Assembly: GCA_023430325.1 (NCBI GenBank)
Contig: JAEZAU010000233.1
Span: 11,613-75,612, forward strand
Length of the DNA: 64,000 nucleotides
Origin: Bacteroidota bacterium
GTDB taxonomy: Bacteria; Bacteroidota; Bacteroidia; Flavobacteriales_F; PHOS-HE28
Direction of reading: 5' to 3'
Shown here: positions 61,001 through 64,000 of the stretch, in pieces
Numbering within the stretch: the first letter of the stretch is position 1
Layout of the letters: each line of letters starts with the position of its first letter
Made by a program: the position numbers and the translations under genes
Notes under the pieces: model-generated
Database searches by the model: none
What the model saw: the letters and a program-made list of their open reading frames with translations, nothing else
Told to the model about the DNA's origin: nothing

Positions 61001-61083
61001 GAGATATGCTCCTTCGGCTGAACGCTCTGGGCCATCACCCCCATGGCGATGACGAGCGCGGTGAGAAGTAGGAAAGACCGCAT
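58063..61083 (-). CDS. Secreted two-domain amidohydrolase-family protein (about 1006 aa)
   Basis: Signal peptide MRSFLLLTALVIAMGVMAQS; two amidohydrolase-like halves (…GIVDEHSHIA…, …WPSLIDPYSGLGL…); 14-nt overlap with the downstream paralogue. Confidence 0.7.
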   Translation of the reverse strand: MRSFLLLTALVIAMGVMAQSVQPKEHISDAAPMLVAFTNATVHVDARTVLQKATFVVKDGVVVAAGERVKVPSGAQVRDLNGMHIWPSLIDPYSGLGLPPSTADERKAEWKGARHWNGALRADSRAHVLVKSDEKKAEELRKAGFGVVYTHRMDGIARGTSAAILLDDGDLRRSVIQPDLSAHFSFSKGSSPDAYPTSQMGAIALLRQTFLDALWTEEIARLNEADAVLAALAGQMKGRMVFEAQGRNEVLRWAKILEEFSLPGIIKGSGDEYARLAQIQHMALPMIIPVDLPGAYDVRDPFDALEVSYARFKHWEYAPFNAMMLDSAGVTFTFTTHGRKDLKEFWRDLRRMVQCGLDPVRAIEALTTDPARLFGMDDRIGALRPGMLANFLITSGELLDEKNVIHENWIGKKRFVLVDLEKPKLAGTYDLNIGGSSVLLEVSKKDNKFEAFVRGTLPADTSKVKAIIERQGAIVSISFATKADASAVTRLSGSIHREGLWEGRGQLPGGQWIGWSALRRATKAKSDQGVKNGTSLVPVLGPLHHPLNGHGWTKEPSNTTTIFRNATVWTNASPGILRNTDVLVHQGRIKAVGERLDVNSIFPGRNKPAINEIDAKGLHLTAGIVDEHSHIAISRGVNEVGHHISSEVRIGDVIDPDDVNIYRALAGGVTTVQLLHGSANAIGGQSALIKLKWGLPADSMLIRNAPGHIKFALGENVKQSNWGQSSRFPQTRMGVEQLYHDAFARAADLDREHQAWRSLRPRDRERTDRPRRDLRSEALQEILRGERHITCHSYVQSEIDMLMHVADSIGFKVNTFTHILEGYKMAGKMKKHGVAASTFSDWWAYKLEVYDAIPYNAALLYRNGVLTGINSDDAEMCRRLNQEAAKTMKYGGVPSDEAWRMVTLNPARMLKLDHRIGSIEVGKDADLVLWSNDPLSIDAKVMRTYVEGICYYSIEDDVSKRQLVSEERDRLVRAMLSADETNKKKPEREVDQQWHCDDIGDGDDSH

Positions 61084-61234
61084 CAATGGCGGCGAAAGTA
61101 GCAGACAGGCTGATGCCGATCGCAGGTTGAACAGGGCGTTCATCGACGGGTGTTGGTGAATAGCCGTTCGATATGGACCGGATCATTCCGCTGGGAAGCC
61201 ACCTATTTTTGCCTCGCTCCGAAACCTGGACCCC

Positions 61235-61675
61235 ATGGATGGAACTTTTCTCCTGCTTATCCACAGCATCCTGCGCTATGGCTTGTTGTTGTTCGTTGTC
61301 CTGGCGATCCTCTTCAGCCTTTACGGCCTTATAACGCGAACGCCCGTGCTTATCGGCCATAGGCAGGTCACCGTATGGGCGGTACTGCTTGCTCACATTC
61401 AACTTATCCTCGGTGTCATTCTGTATATCATCCGGGGTTGGTACAAGGTGGCTGTGGATTCACGGATAGACCGATATTGGAAAATGGAGCACATCGGCAC
61501 CATGATCGTGGCGATCATTTTGATAACACTGGGCCGTGTCCTTTCCAAAAAAGCCAAGGACGACCGCAAAAAACAACTATACGTGGCCATCTTCTTCATT
61601 ATCGCATTGCTGTTGATGCTCATGATGATGCCCTGGCCTGACAGAGAGATCGGCTTTGGCCGTGGATGGATATGA
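61235..61675 (+). CDS. Small integral membrane protein (4 TM helices), hypothetical
   Basis: Four hydrophobic segments; overlaps the cytochrome c gene by 10 nt. Confidence 0.5.
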   Translation: MDGTFLLLIHSILRYGLLLFVVLAILFSLYGLITRTPVLIGHRQVTVWAVLLAHIQLILGVILYIIRGWYKVAVDSRIDRYWKMEHIGTMIVAIILITLGRVLSKKAKDDRKKQLYVAIFFIIALLLMLMMMPWPDREIGFGRGWI

Positions 61676-61995
61676 TGAAGAAGTTATTCCTGTTCTCGAT
61701 AACAATAGCGATAATGCTTTTCTCCTGCGGGAATGGCGGGGGAACCACGGCTTCGGCACCCAGAAGCAGCGGTGAAATGCTGTTCGATACCCACTGCACC
61801 CTGTGTCATGGTGCTGATGGTAAATTGAAGATGGGCGACGCGAAGGATCTTTCCATCTCCACACTTACCAGGGAAGAAATGATCGCCGTGGTCACACATG
61901 GCCGCGGTACCATGATGCCGTACAAACAAGTCCTTTCCGCAGAAGAGATCGAACAGGTGGTGGACCATGTGCGTACATTGAAGGTGAAGGAATGA
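61666..61995 (+). CDS. Class I c-type cytochrome (monoheme)
   Basis: Signal/anchor plus CTLCHG heme-binding motif and distal Met (GTMMPY). Confidence 0.8.
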   Translation: MDMMKKLFLFSITIAIMLFSCGNGGGTTASAPRSSGEMLFDTHCTLCHGADGKLKMGDAKDLSISTLTREEMIAVVTHGRGTMMPYKQVLSAEEIEQVVDHVRTLKVKE

Positions 61996-63227
61996 TCGAC
62001 CCACTGGACCAGAAGACACGGGCGGAGACGGCCGTATTGATCGGGCTGATCACCGATCAGCAGGATGGCGAACAGGTGAAGGAATACCTGGATGAACTTG
62101 AGTTCCTTGCCACTACTGCGGACATCACCACGCTGAAGCGCTTCACGCAGAAACTGCACAAGCCGGATGGGCGCACCTATATAGGCAGCGGCAAGCTTGC
62201 GGAAGTGAAACAATGGATGGAGGAGCATGGCGCCGACTCCTTGATCTTCGATGATGAACTTTCACCGGCCCAGCAACGGAACCTGGAAAAGGAACTCGGC
62301 AAGCCGGTACTCGATCGGCCCAGATTGATCCTGGACATCTTCGCACGAAGAGCGCGGACGGCCCACGCCAAAACGCAGGTGGAACTCGCCCAATACGAAT
62401 ACATGTTGCCGCGTCTTACAAAGCTCTGGACACACTTGGAGCGGCAGCGCGGAGGTACGGGAACACGCGGTGGTGCGGGTGAGAAGGAGATAGAGACCGA
62501 CCGGCGGATCGTGCGCGATCGGATCTCCTTGCTGAAAGCGCAGCTCAAGAACATCGATCGGCAGATGGCCACGCAGCGTGGCAATCGCGGCAAGCTTGTA
62601 CGTGTGGCGCTGGTCGGTTATACCAACGTAGGCAAGAGCACCTTGATGAACCTGCTGAGCAAAAGCGATGTCTTCGCCGAGAACAAGCTCTTCGCAACGC
62701 TGGATACCACGGTAAGGAAGATCGTGCTCGGCAATCTGCCGTTCCTCCTTACCGATACGGTAGGTTTCATTAGAAAGCTTCCCACGCAACTCATCGAAAG
62801 CTTCAAAAGCACTTTGGATGAGACCCGTGAATCCGATCTCCTCTTGCACGTGGTCGATATCAGTCACCACAACTTCGAGGAGCAATACAACACGGTGAAG
62901 CATACGCTGGAAGAGATCGGCGCCGGAGACAAACCGGTGATCGTTGTCTTCAACAAGATCGACGCGTACAAACCTTCACCACATGATCCGGATGATCTAG
63001 CCCCGAAACGCGTGGACCAGTTCACGCTTGAAGAGCTGAAGGAGCAGTGGATGGCGCGCATGCAGGATGTGGAAACGATCTTCATCAGCGCGGCCGACAG
63101 GCAGAATATCGACGGCCTGCGCAAGTTGTTATACGAACGTGTGAAAGAGATCCATACCGCGCGATATCCTTATGAAAGCGATCTGCTGTTCAAGGATAGT
63201 TATGTAGAGGGAGAAGAAGATGTGTAG
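61992..63227 (+). CDS. hflX: GTPase HflX
   Basis: HflX N-terminal domain, G1 GYTNVGKST, G3 DTVGF, G4 NKID; ATGA overlap with the cytochrome c gene. Confidence 0.9.
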   Translation: MIDPLDQKTRAETAVLIGLITDQQDGEQVKEYLDELEFLATTADITTLKRFTQKLHKPDGRTYIGSGKLAEVKQWMEEHGADSLIFDDELSPAQQRNLEKELGKPVLDRPRLILDIFARRARTAHAKTQVELAQYEYMLPRLTKLWTHLERQRGGTGTRGGAGEKEIETDRRIVRDRISLLKAQLKNIDRQMATQRGNRGKLVRVALVGYTNVGKSTLMNLLSKSDVFAENKLFATLDTTVRKIVLGNLPFLLTDTVGFIRKLPTQLIESFKSTLDETRESDLLLHVVDISHHNFEEQYNTVKHTLEEIGAGDKPVIVVFNKIDAYKPSPHDPDDLAPKRVDQFTLEELKEQWMARMQDVETIFISAADRQNIDGLRKLLYERVKEIHTARYPYESDLLFKDSYVEGEEDV

Positions 63228-63312
63228 CGTCGACCCATGGGTAAACCGTGGATGATCAAATATTGAGGTTTCAGACCAGTACCATTCGAAGAAGATCCAC
63301 TGTTGAAATAGA

Positions 63313-64000
63313 ATGGCAGCGAAGAGATCTTCGAAAAAGAAGAAAGGCCGGTCGGGCATAGGCTTTCTGGTGAAGCTGCTTCTGATCGGACTGGCGATCG
63401 TTTTCTTCTCCTTTCTGGGACTGATCCAAGCCGTTCGCAGCGGAGTTTTTGGAGAACTTCCTTCGGATGAAGAACTGAGGTCGATCCGCCATGAACAGGC
63501 CACGATGGTGCTGGCCTATGACGGCACCCCGATCGGAAAGATCTTCGCCAAGGACCGTACGAATGTTCAATTCAAGGATCTTCCGAAGCACCTGGTGAAT
63601 GCGTTGGTGAGCACGGAGGATGCCAGGTTCTTCGCGCATCAAGGCGTTGATGGCCGCAGTTATATCCGCGTATTCTTCCGCACGCTACTTGGGGGTGACA
63701 GAAGTGGTGGCGGTGGAAGTACGATCTCCCAGCAGATCATGAAAAATCTGTATGGAAGGCAACGCCACGGAGCGCTCACGATCCCTGTGAACAAGGTGAA
63801 GGAAGCCCTGATGGCGCAACGATTGGAGCGCGTTCTTACCAAGGAGGATGTGCTGCTGCTTTATTTCAATTCCGTGCCTTTCGGCGAAAATGTCTTCGGG
63901 ATCGGTGCAGCTTCGCAGCGGTTCTTCAACAAACCCGTGCAACAGCTTAAGGTGGAGGAAGGAGCTGTACTTGTCGGCATGTTGAAGGCGAACACGACCT
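63313..64000 (+). CDS. mrcA: Penicillin-binding protein 1A (glycosyltransferase GT51 N-terminal part); 3'-partial at the window edge
   Basis: N-terminal TM anchor and GT51 motifs (…STEDARFFAHQGVD…, …GGSTISQQ…, …KVKEA…). Confidence 0.8.
   Translation, partial: MAAKRSSKKKKGRSGIGFLVKLLLIGLAIVFFSFLGLIQAVRSGVFGELPSDEELRSIRHEQATMVLAYDGTPIGKIFAKDRTNVQFKDLPKHLVNALVSTEDARFFAHQGVDGRSYIRVFFRTLLGGDRSGGGGSTISQQIMKNLYGRQRHGALTIPVNKVKEALMAQRLERVLTKEDVLLLYFNSVPFGENVFGIGAASQRFFNKPVQQLKVEEGAVLVGMLKANTT

Noticed and set aside
1-64000. Mobile elements, CRISPR arrays, tRNA/rRNA genes
   Set aside because: No transposase or integrase-like ORFs, no short direct-repeat/spacer arrays, and no tRNA T-loop/acceptor signatures were found on visual scan of intergenic regions.

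Overview
This 64-kb window is a densely coding chromosomal segment (about 50 genes, roughly 57% GC) that is almost certainly from a Bacteroidota bacterium. Evidence for that: two giant T9SS-type cargo proteins, a DUF4270 family member, the short Bacteroidetes GlgA-like gene, a LytTR/Y_Y_Y two-component pair and a CHU_C-type C-terminal domain. Most of the content is housekeeping: ctp, sodA, glmS, panCD, radA, polA, purQ, thiL, hflX, a PBP1A N-terminus and an aldehyde dehydrogenase. No tRNA or rRNA genes, CRISPR arrays, transposases or integrases were seen. The accessory-looking content is: (i) a 1526-aa T9SS type-A cargo protein whose centre holds seven tandem ~79-aa Ig-like repeats, four of them near-identical at the DNA level (237-bp period); (ii) a 1659-aa T9SS type-B (gliding-motility-type C-terminal domain) adhesin-like protein; (iii) an orphan SiaB-like GHKL kinase fused to an extra C-terminal domain, sitting next to a third T9SS cargo gene; (iv) a putative 1161-aa outer-membrane protein ending in Phe, convergent with a coiled-coil membrane protein; (v) a secreted lamin-tail-domain/CotH-kinase protein; (vi) a LytTR regulator plus a propeller/Y_Y_Y LytS-type sensor, followed by an acidic lipoprotein and a 520-aa helical protein of unknown function; (vii) two tandem secreted amidohydrolases upstream of thiL. 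The only long non-coding stretch (49397-49829, 433 nt) carries a 30-bp near-perfect palindrome. The hexamer CGATCG (often as GCGATCGC) is heavily over-represented across the whole window. No BLAST or HMM search was possible, so all functional calls rest on motifs recognised by eye, and gene starts are approximate.
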